This document shows, one piece after another, positions 36,355 through 43,055 of a DNA stretch of 43,653 bases. Position 1 is the stretch's first letter. Each line of letters opens with the position of its first letter. Source of the DNA: Candidatus Omnitrophota bacterium. GTDB taxonomy: Bacteria > Omnitrophota > Gorgyraeia > Tantalellales > Tantalellaceae. The position numbers and the translations under genes were made by a program. The notes under the pieces were generated by a model that worked only from the letters and a program-made list of their open reading frames with translations, was not told the origin of the DNA and ran no database searches. The DNA lies in NCBI GenBank assembly GCA_023142805.1, contig JAGLIU010000017.1:1-43653 (forward strand), given 5' to 3'.

Positions 36355-36567
36355 TTATCCACCACGATAATACAACACTCTCAAAGTTGGTTCTTCCATT
36401 CGCTCTTCTCTATAACCTGGCCAATATCCAGTTTTATTTTTACTGTGTTTTGCCTCGCATTTATCACATAACGTGGCCGTTGAACTACTACACTCCCAAC
36501 AAGTACCGCATTGTCCCGGGGTGTACTTGTTAAAATGTTTACACTTACAACAGCTACACTTTTTCAC
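36355..36567 (-). CDS. Cys-rich miniprotein (70 aa)
   Basis: GTG start after GAGG. Motifs CSCCKC..CGTCWEC..CDKC. Confidence 0.55.
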   Translation of the reverse strand: MKKCSCCKCKHFNKYTPGQCGTCWECSSSTATLCDKCEAKHSKNKTGYWPGYREERMEEPTLRVLYYRGG

Positions 36568-36569
36568 AA

Positions 36570-36950
36570 CTACCTCACTTCATTTTTGTATTTAATTGTT
36601 AACACCAATTCTCTTATTATTTCTGTCTGTTCCTTGACGTTTACAGCTAATGTTTCTATTGATTTTTCTAACGACCTTGGAACCCGCCACAGATGTACCC
36701 CATCCATATCTTTTTCACTTAACATATCGTCAACATGTTTGCCGTGCCTGTAGGTATCATTCAATGTGGACACGATTTTCCCGATCATATCCTTGCACGG
36801 ATCAATTTTGCTGCTCCCAAACCTCCACACCTTCATAGCCTTTAGAAATGATAATATTTCCTTAAGCAACACATACGTAACTACTCCCGCAACTCCTACC
36901 TCAGTTACTCCTGGCATCATCTTCACCATCCTTTTTCGTAGCATCCCCAA
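36570..36950 (-). CDS. membrane-anchored protein (holin/anchor candidate); start uncertain
   Basis: A single N-terminal TM helix (VGVAGVVTYVLL), then a 90-aa soluble part. It overlaps the portal 3' end by up to 50 nt. The in-frame ATGs at 36929, 36920 and 36917 are alternative starts. Confidence 0.5.
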   Translation of the reverse strand: MGMLRKRMVKMMPGVTEVGVAGVVTYVLLKEILSFLKAMKVWRFGSSKIDPCKDMIGKIVSTLNDTYRHGKHVDDMLSEKDMDGVHLWRVPRSLEKSIETLAVNVKEQTEIIRELVLTIKYKNEVR

Positions 36951-38175
36951 CCTTTACGTCAACCACATCTTTGTCGGTCAAGTTATACTTTTTTTTGAAA
37001 TAATCCCTTGTGAATTGTACCCCGCTTTCTCTAAAGCAGGCTATTAAATTTACGTCGCGCGTCGATCTCTCGATGTCAACCTTCTCTTCTGCAAACAGCT
37101 TAAACCGTGGATGTGGAGTCAGGCCAAAATTAATCTCGTGTACCATTTTAATAAGTTCGTCAAATGCGCCCATAACAATACGGGCGTCCGATTCAATAAT
37201 ATCTTCCCTTACTTCCATATGGGATTTTGAAGCCGCGTATGATCCGCCTTGAACTTCAGTGGTGAGGTTTGTGCCTAATATAGCCATTGCAATTTCTGTA
37301 TTCATCACATCGATGTATATTTTGTGAAGCGGGTTATCGGTTGAGCCCACTCCCTTTGATTCTAAAATTTCTACTTCGTACGCGGAGGGAACAACTGCAA
37401 TGGCATCCTGGACCATGTAGTCCAACATATCCGCGACTTCCTGCATTGCCTCGGCTCTTGTTCCGTCTGGCGCCTTCCCCAACAGAAACGGGGAGCCATA
37501 TTTTTCTAAAAATATAGAGAAAAGCTTTAGGCCATTTTTCCGAAACGTAACCGGCCAATAACACGGGCTTAGAATCGCTTGACCAAATGGGTTGTCGTAT
37601 GTGGGGTTGTGCCGCGCAACTATGAATTTGTAGGGAGGAACCTCTATCCCTTTACCCATATCGGTCATAGTCAGAAACCTTAATTCGTTTTGCTCTCCAT
37701 ATGTAAACCAGCGTGACGGCTTGCCCACAAACTCTACAGGCACCATTTTGTTTTCCACTACTTCCCATACAATTTCAATCGGCTTATATCCATACAAAGC
37801 AGCATCCAGTATCTCCACCATTATATTTTCTAATTTGTAATTGCCAAAATACGACTTATGAAAATCAACTTGCTCTTGTGGTGTGTCCTCTCCTACAATC
37901 TCCCACTCCATGGATTGAACCGCTGATTTCCTGGACTGAATACACGCACTTACTCTTGAGTCGTATGTCAACGATTCAAATACTTCTATGGTAGTGCCAA
38001 GTCCATCAAGCACAGGATCAGGATTGGGAAGCGTTCCCATAAGCAAGCTCATAAAATCAATGGATGCTTCACGGGTTGCTATCTGTTTTGTGAGGCTTTT
38101 TTTTGTAGCTGGTGTTCCCATTTGTTTTAGTGACTCATTGGCTAAATCCACGAACGAAGTGGTAATGTTTTTCAT
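36901..38175 (-). CDS. portal protein (Mu gp29 / DUF935 family)
   Basis: 424 aa. ATGA overlap with the terL stop. The N-terminal ..LLMGTLPNPDPVL....FESLTYDSRVSACIQSRKSAV.S.EWEI matches the DUF935 pattern. Confidence 0.85.
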   Translation of the reverse strand: MKNITTSFVDLANESLKQMGTPATKKSLTKQIATREASIDFMSLLMGTLPNPDPVLDGLGTTIEVFESLTYDSRVSACIQSRKSAVQSMEWEIVGEDTPQEQVDFHKSYFGNYKLENIMVEILDAALYGYKPIEIVWEVVENKMVPVEFVGKPSRWFTYGEQNELRFLTMTDMGKGIEVPPYKFIVARHNPTYDNPFGQAILSPCYWPVTFRKNGLKLFSIFLEKYGSPFLLGKAPDGTRAEAMQEVADMLDYMVQDAIAVVPSAYEVEILESKGVGSTDNPLHKIYIDVMNTEIAMAILGTNLTTEVQGGSYAASKSHMEVREDIIESDARIVMGAFDELIKMVHEINFGLTPHPRFKLFAEEKVDIERSTRDVNLIACFRESGVQFTRDYFKKKYNLTDKDVVDVKVGDATKKDGEDDARSN

Positions 38176-39503
38176 TTTATATATCCCCTTAAATAATTTG
38201 GTGTCTTTTTCCCTTTGCGCGTCACAGCCTTAGCCTTTGGTACTGGGTTGCCCTTGACATATATAAATAATTGTGACGCGGCGTCAACTATGTCATCCAT
38301 AGTGTCAAGCCTGGCATTAAAATCGCATAGCTGGTCCTTAGCCACACCATTCCATGCGCCGAAAAGTAAATGAACTTTCTTAGCCTCAAAATACGGAGTA
38401 ACAGAAACCGCGCGGCTAAACTTGTCACCTGTTGGGGTAATAGCTCGTACTGGATATGGAAATTGATCTCTAAATGTCTGAAATAATGATGTGCCACTAG
38501 CCTTGTCTTCGATGAGAAACATGTCTGGATTATGTTTTAAATAAAACTCCTCTGCTTTTTTAATTAGCTCTGGAAATTCCAATTTCTCACAGAACGTATC
38601 TATCCAGAAATAATCATTTGCCGTTTCTATAACACACACGCCCGCGCTATCATCGTTTTCACATCCCTTTTTAAATGCTGTGTCTAATGATATTATCATT
38701 CTTTTCCACAAATGTTTAGGTGGCAATTCGTAAACTATATCAAACCAGTGTTCGTGGAATACTTCCTCATCCCCTACGTCAATAAATTCTCCGTGGATCT
38801 CTTGGCGCCTGGTTATGCGAGGCACTTCTTCCTCAAGTTCTTTTATGTCGTTTTCGTCAAGCAGTGGGTTGTCATATGATGAGAACGTCCTTGTTGCCCA
38901 ATCCGGTTGTTTATCTTCATCTGATTCAAGCCCGCCTTTTTTTGCGAGTTCGTAGTATAATGTGGTTTTGTGGGGGGACTCGTCTTTCTTGGCTCGTTTT
39001 CCCTTGGGTGTGCCAAGGAAATAAACGTCTGCCCTAAAGTCAAGCGTCATGGGGAATATAGAGTTTAGCCATAAGCTGCGCCCTTTTTGGCCCTTGAGCA
39101 CTATACCGGCCTCGTTAATCATAATTTTGTGATACCCAAACCCCTCAATGTTTTCGGGCTTCTCCGCGCTTCTAAAATCCATGACACCATGTAATATGTT
39201 GAGATCTTTTTGTTGTGTGCGATATCTCCAGAACTTGGGATCTATTCGTTTTAGGATGGGGAAAAAGTATTTTTTAAAATATTTGTCAAGATTTACTTGC
39301 ACTGTGTCAACCCACAGTATGTATTTTCCCTCTAACAGCATATCTATACAGAAAGCGGCGGCGGAGGATGTGATGCCATACCGCCGCCCCTTTGGTACTA
39401 CGAGGAACCGTTCGGGAATATCGTAGTACAGTTCTAGTTGTGGTTCTGTAAAGGGGAGAACTATTTCTCCCCCGTCAATTGTAATATCACAATGATATGA
39501 CAC
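38172..39503 (-). CDS. terL: terminase large subunit
   Basis: 443 aa. N-terminal ATPase (VVPKGRRYGITS Walker A-like, ..IMINEAG Walker B-like). C-terminal nuclease region with ISLDTAF..DDSAGV and FLIEDKASG motifs. GTG start. Confidence 0.85.
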   Translation of the reverse strand: MSYHCDITIDGGEIVLPFTEPQLELYYDIPERFLVVPKGRRYGITSSAAAFCIDMLLEGKYILWVDTVQVNLDKYFKKYFFPILKRIDPKFWRYRTQQKDLNILHGVMDFRSAEKPENIEGFGYHKIMINEAGIVLKGQKGRSLWLNSIFPMTLDFRADVYFLGTPKGKRAKKDESPHKTTLYYELAKKGGLESDEDKQPDWATRTFSSYDNPLLDENDIKELEEEVPRITRRQEIHGEFIDVGDEEVFHEHWFDIVYELPPKHLWKRMIISLDTAFKKGCENDDSAGVCVIETANDYFWIDTFCEKLEFPELIKKAEEFYLKHNPDMFLIEDKASGTSLFQTFRDQFPYPVRAITPTGDKFSRAVSVTPYFEAKKVHLLFGAWNGVAKDQLCDFNARLDTMDDIVDAASQLFIYVKGNPVPKAKAVTRKGKKTPNYLRGYIK

Positions 39504-39697
39504 TATGCTTTAAGCTCCTCTATCAGCGTGTTGAGGTATGTTGTTTTGCTCCACATCATAGTTTTTGCCATTTTAGCGCTTTCGCTATCGTCAAGCGCTT
39601 TGATAATTTCCAACAGCTCAATGATCTGAATCAGAATATCCTTGATGATTCCGATCTTCCTAATAATTTTCCAGAAACCTATTTTACGTTTACTCAT
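39503..39697 (-). CDS. small hypothetical protein (64 aa) between terS and terL
   Basis: ATG 39697 after GAGAGGAG. Its stop overlaps the terL GTG. The upstream extension to 39817 lies inside terS and was rejected. Confidence 0.45.
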   Translation of the reverse strand: MSKRKIGFWKIIRKIGIIKDILIQIIELLEIIKALDDSESAKMAKTMMWSKTTYLNTLIEELKA

Positions 39698-39713
39698 ATT
39701 TTTGTGACTCCTC

Positions 39714-40298
39714 TCATTGTAAAAAATTGTCCATGTCTTCGGACATAACCATTTCCTGTTTTTCATCGGTCTCAGGCTCCTCAGTGGGAGTGGGCTCAAC
39801 CACCCTGCACACAACATTCTTAATTTCTTTCGCGGCTTCTATGGTAAGCTGCGGAGTTTTTCCGTATGCCGCATTAAGTTCTTCGCGGGTTCTGATGATT
39901 CTTCTCTGGATATGCACCTGGAGATCGCCAGAGACTTTTGTGGTGACGTCCAGGCTTCCACCTATATTATTCCTGCGCTCTGATCTCTGGATATGTCGCT
40001 CCACTATCTCAGCATATAATTTCTGGGCTTGGATGTTTCCCGCTTTTGCATTTCGGGATATGGCGTCTATTACGGCCGGTGAGTGTATTTTCTGGCGCTC
40101 AAGGAGAAATTCCCAGTCCAGGTGTTTGAAATGCCTATCAACAGTGTTGACGGATACTCCTGCGCGTTTTGCGATGCTTTTATACGACGGAATGATGTTG
40201 CCATTTTCTTTTGTAATTTCGAGATATGCATTATAAATTTTCTGATGGTTCGCTTCGTAGTTTTTATAGGGTGCCGCACCAGGTTTTCTTTTTGCCAT
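39714..40298 (-). CDS. terS: terminase small subunit (HTH-containing)
   Basis: First gene of the late operon, directly upstream of terL. PSYKSIAKRAGVSVNTVDRHF is a clear HTH. Confidence 0.7.
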   Translation of the reverse strand: MAKRKPGAAPYKNYEANHQKIYNAYLEITKENGNIIPSYKSIAKRAGVSVNTVDRHFKHLDWEFLLERQKIHSPAVIDAISRNAKAGNIQAQKLYAEIVERHIQRSERRNNIGGSLDVTTKVSGDLQVHIQRRIIRTREELNAAYGKTPQLTIEAAKEIKNVVCRVVEPTPTEEPETDEKQEMVMSEDMDNFLQ

Positions 40299-40334
40299 TT
40301 TTTCCGATCCTCATTTCGGTCAGTATATACTACT

Positions 40335-40363
40335 AATATAATCAATGATGTTAATGCTGGCAA
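40335..40363 (-). promoter_or_regulatory. sigma70-like promoter for the terS/late operon
   Basis: On the - strand: TTGCCA (40363-40358), 17 nt spacer, TATATT (40340-40335). The spacer contains ATTAACAT. Confidence 0.55.
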
Positions 40364-40455
40364 AATAATCGTGGTTATGGGTGTTGGGGGGCAGTGGTAT
40401 TGGGTAATCCCTCTACTATTGACATTAAGTCATTGACATAGCTCAAATCCAAAAA

Positions 40456-40485
40456 TTGACAAAACACGGGTGTTCACTCTACATT
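40456..40485 (+). promoter_or_regulatory. rightward sigma70-like promoter with palindromic operator in the spacer
   Basis: TTGACA (40456-40461), 18 nt spacer, TACATT (40480-40485). The spacer holds AACAC-GG-GTGTT (40463-40474). Confidence 0.45.
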
Positions 40486-40514
40486 TTGGCCTAAGACATT
40501 GGTTTACAAGGCCC

Positions 40515-40584
40515 TAATAATAATAATAATAATAATAATAGAATATTTATATATATATATATATCGTGATAGTATCTATCTATC
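40515..40584. repeat. compound microsatellite: (TAA)8, (TA)8, (TATC)3
   Basis: (TAA)8 at 40515-40540, (TA)8 at 40548-40564, (TATC)3 at 40573-40584. Confidence 0.9.
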
Positions 40585-40820
40585 GATATACACATGGGTG
40601 TGTAAATTATTGTATATGTATCTATGTTTCGCGAAAAACCCATCCCTCTACTATTTTCGAGATGTAAACAGTGTAATGCCAACATGTTAAGCTTAATAGT
40701 AGAGTTTTAGCTGAAGTTATTTCGGAATAACCCGCCTAAATTGTGTAAATTATATTATGTAATGGCAATGAGTTAGTTACCAAAGTAGAATGTACCACTC
40801 GAAAAAAGGAGAAAAAGGTA

Positions 40821-41198
40821 ATGGAAAAAAGGCTGTGTACCGCGTGTTTAGGGCTTAAGGGGTTAGATGAGTACTACAAAAAGAGCAATGGGAAACCGTA
40901 TGGGCACTGCAAAAAGTGCTATTCCTTCATCAGATCGGTGGAGTTTCTTGATTTTGAGCAGGGAATTTCCAAGTGTTTTAGGGAAAAAACTCAGTGTTTT
41001 GAAGAAAAAACTGTGTGTTGTGGAGGTAAAAACACTAGTTATTGCCGAAAAACTGTGTGTTGTGGAGGTAAAAACACTAGTTATTGTGCTAAAAAGAAGC
41101 GTTTTGTGGCCGAAAGGGTGTTGAGAAAGAGCCGAAAAAGGCGAAAAACGTATGTAAAACACGTAGTTTTAGGGAAAAAAAGTATGTTTTTACCTTAA
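40821..41198 (+). CDS. dubious ORF: plausible N-terminal CxxC..CxxC zinc ribbon, with the remainder running through a repeat mosaic
   Basis: AAGGAG RBS. The N-terminus MEKRLCTACLGLKGLDEYYKKSNGKPYGHCKKCY looks like a real zinc ribbon. From about codon 50 the sequence is DNA repeats, and three frames are open across them. Confidence 0.35.
   Translation: MEKRLCTACLGLKGLDEYYKKSNGKPYGHCKKCYSFIRSVEFLDFEQGISKCFREKTQCFEEKTVCCGGKNTSYCRKTVCCGGKNTSYCAKKKRFVAERVLRKSRKRRKTYVKHVVLGKKSMFLP
41004..41086 (+). repeat. tandem duplication, 42-nt period
   Basis: GAAAAA(A)CTGTGTGTTGTGGAGGTAAAAACACTAGTTATTG x2. A degenerate third copy, AAAAACTATGTGTTGTAGA, lies at 41292-41310. Confidence 0.9.
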
Positions 41199-41212
41199 AA
41201 CACATGAAAAAA

Positions 41213-41259
41213 CCAAGTGTTTTGTAAATAAAAGTATGTTTTTTCTTCAAAACACTTGG
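41213..41259. repeat. perfect 12-bp inverted repeat (stem-loop)
   Basis: CCAAGTGTTTTG (41213-41224), 23 nt loop, CAAAACACTTGG (41248-41259). Confidence 0.85.
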
Positions 41260-41364
41260 AAAAACTCAGTGTTTTGGGTAGGAAATGATATAAAAACTAT
41301 GTGTTGTAGACCACAACTATGAAAAAATGGTAGTCGTCCCCTGAAAAAATAAATAAAATAAAAC

Positions 41365-41393
41365 TTGCATTACTGGGAAAAATTAGGTATACT
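41365..41393 (+). promoter_or_regulatory. sigma70-like promoter of the accessory gene cluster
   Basis: TTGCAT (41365-41370), 17 nt spacer, TATACT (41388-41393). An A/T-rich GAAAAAATAAATAAAATAAAA element lies upstream. Confidence 0.6.
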
Positions 41394-41430
41394 ATTAACA
41401 TATTAACATATTAACATCGGAAATGTTAAC
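41394..41430 (+). promoter_or_regulatory. operator-like repeats at the transcription start: (ATTAACAT)x3 plus an inverted copy
   Basis: ATTAACAT at 41394, 41402 and 41410. TTAACAT-cggaa-ATGTTAA palindrome at 41411-41429. Confidence 0.6.
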
Positions 41431-41456
41431 ACCAACAGAAGGGATTTCAGGGCATA

Positions 41457-41666
41457 ATGAGTAAAATAGAGAATGGGGTATTCAAAATTGAGGCCGAAAA
41501 ACCGCAGCAATGTGATAGTTGTGGAAAAATTGCGGAATTGAGGCCGTATGGACCTGGTGGTAGTTGTATTTGTTTTGTCTGCGGCATGAAAGATGAGCCG
41601 GGGGCGCTTTCGAGGTTTGTTGCGTTGTTGGATGACGTAGAAGGGGTAGATTATGGAAATGAATGA
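41457..41666 (+). CDS. zinc-ribbon protein (69 aa)
   Basis: CDSC..CFVC pairs. First ORF after the promoter/operator. Confidence 0.6.
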   Translation: MSKIENGVFKIEAEKPQQCDSCGKIAELRPYGPGGSCICFVCGMKDEPGALSRFVALLDDVEGVDYGNE

Positions 41667-41728
41667 AAATATTACCACTGTTGTATTTTGTGGCCATATT
41701 ACTGTATTTAGCGTGGCTAACCAAGTAG
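41663..41728 (+). CDS. possible 21-aa hydrophobic peptide
   Basis: ATGA overlap with the previous stop. Sequence MKILPLLYFVAILLYLAWLTK. Confidence 0.3.
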   Translation: MKILPLLYFVAILLYLAWLTK

Positions 41729-41740
41729 GGGGTATATATA

Positions 41741-41908
41741 ATGTATAGTAAAATACCTATAGATATGGTTCGGCCCTTGCCTAGAAAAATAAATAAAATA
41801 ACAATTATTGTTAAGAAAATTGCTGTTGAACAATATTGGGGAGGGGCCTTGAAAGCATTGTTTTTAGTGATAGCGATGATTATGATTATGATTATATTGG
41901 AGGCATAA
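41741..41908 (+). CDS. possible small membrane protein (55 aa)
   Basis: GGGGG RBS. C-terminal TM segment ALKALFLVIAMIMIMIIL. Below the ORF-track cutoff. Confidence 0.4.
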   Translation: MYSKIPIDMVRPLPRKINKITIIVKKIAVEQYWGGALKALFLVIAMIMIMIILEA

Positions 41909-41912
41909 TATA

Positions 41913-42068
41913 ATGAATAAATGGAAAAATGTCAACTACGGCAACGGGGAATTTGTTTTTTTTATGAATGAAATCGAGTGCAATCTATTTTCGTTGTGGT
42001 GGGGTGGAATAGACACAATAACAATTAAAGAGGCATTGCCAGAAGACGGAGGAAATGATGGTGTATAA
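41913..42068 (+). CDS. possible small protein (51 aa)
   Basis: GGAGG RBS 7 nt before ATG 41913. Overlaps the lipoprotein start. Confidence 0.4.
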   Translation: MNKWKNVNYGNGEFVFFMNEIECNLFSLWWGGIDTITIKEALPEDGGNDGV

Positions 42069-42450
42069 AATAGTCATGTTGTTTTGTTTGTTTTGTTTTG
42101 GGGGGTGTGATATTATTTTTCCGGTGCAAGAAAAAACAGTGATAAAAATTGAGTTCGGCGATATGATCATTGGCAAATGGGAGTCTGTTACCGGCGAATA
42201 TGAGCATACCATGGAATTTTACGAAAACAATTTTCTGACTTATAGTGGGATAAAAAATGGGAAATACAAAATCTATCACCCTTATAATATTGGTGATTAC
42301 ACTGCCTATGTGATGGAGACTCAATTTTACAACAATACCACAGGTAAAGCAATTCGTGATACCCACTCGGTTTGGATAGCAATTGACACACTGGTGATTT
42401 TTCCACACGTAACAAAAAAGCCAATCAAATATTTAAGAATGGAGGAATAA
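42058..42450 (+). CDS. lipoprotein (candidate surface/exclusion protein)
   Basis: Signal peptide with a lipobox-like LFCFGGC. GGAGG 42048-42052 favours ATG 42058 over 42055. Confidence 0.7.
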   Translation: MVYKIVMLFCLFCFGGCDIIFPVQEKTVIKIEFGDMIIGKWESVTGEYEHTMEFYENNFLTYSGIKNGKYKIYHPYNIGDYTAYVMETQFYNNTTGKAIRDTHSVWIAIDTLVIFPHVTKKPIKYLRMEE

Positions 42451-42666
42451 ATGAAAAAAAATCCGATATATGAACTATCGTTACGAACCAGGCTTGAAAG
42501 CAAGCCACCGGTTTTAGTGATGAAACAATCTCTTGACACTATCGAACTATACAAGGGGTTACTGGCAGAACATTTTTATGTGTTGGCTCGTTTGCAAGAA
42601 ATGAATAATGATCACAAAGAAGCGAAAGCAAGTTTTGCTCGGGCTGTTGGGATTAAGAGGTTTTAA
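42451..42666 (+). CDS. hypothetical protein (71 aa, helical)
   Basis: GGAGG RBS. Starts 1 nt after the previous stop. Confidence 0.55.
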   Translation: MKKNPIYELSLRTRLESKPPVLVMKQSLDTIELYKGLLAEHFYVLARLQEMNNDHKEAKASFARAVGIKRF

Positions 42667-42920
42667 TGGCTATGGAAATAGGTATAGGAATGTTGGGTGG
42701 GCAGGTTTTAAAAATGGCTAATGACATGTATAAAGCCAAGTGTTTTACATTTAAGAATTGTGTGGCAACATTCGAAAAACTACCCGAAATTACAGTTGTG
42801 AATGCGGAGGATTACCCAGGTAGTTTTGTGGTTAGGCTACACCACAATTTTTGGGGAGAGACATATATATTACGCTATAGCAAAACACTCATTGAACTAT
42901 ATGTTGAGAGGACCGCTTGA
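42666..42920 (+). CDS. hypothetical protein (84 aa)
   Basis: TAATG overlap with the previous gene. Confidence 0.55.
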   Translation: MAMEIGIGMLGGQVLKMANDMYKAKCFTFKNCVATFEKLPEITVVNAEDYPGSFVVRLHHNFWGETYILRYSKTLIELYVERTA

Positions 42921-43055
42921 ATTACAAAGGGGCAATAGTTAGAATGTTTAGCCAAGGAGACAAAAATAAAAACAATTAGGCAATACAGGCCAAGCTTTAT
43001 TGACATTTAGGAAGAGCTGCTTGTGGTCGAGTTTGGCACAACAGAGGAGCTATAG

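Noticed and set aside
39698-39817. Upstream 40 codons of ORF 39503..39817
   Set aside because: This part lies inside the terS coding region in another frame. ATG 39697 follows the terS stop and a GAGAGGAG RBS.
40491-40690. ORFs 40491..40685 (-) and 40499..40690 (+), which encode poly-Leu and poly-Ile runs
   Set aside because: They are translations of the (TAA)8/(TA)8/(TATC)3 microsatellites in an intergenic control region. They have no RBS and implausible composition.
41004-41086. Possible CRISPR mini-array or solitary repeat units
   Set aside because: There are only two adjacent copies with no spacers. The units are 41 and 40 nt with a 42-nt period, they show no CRISPR-repeat features, and no cas genes are present. 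The tandem duplication is better read as part of the iteron-like mosaic.
40863-41162. Alternative-frame ORFs 40863..41162 (-) and 40867..41124 (+)
   Set aside because: They are open only because the repeat DNA lacks stop codons. They have no RBS and overlap fully with the equally doubtful 40821..41198 ORF.
42999-43028. TTGACA at 43000 as a promoter for the coiled-coil gene
   Set aside because: No acceptable -10 hexamer lies 16-19 nt downstream. It is retained only as a third copy of the ATTGACAT box.
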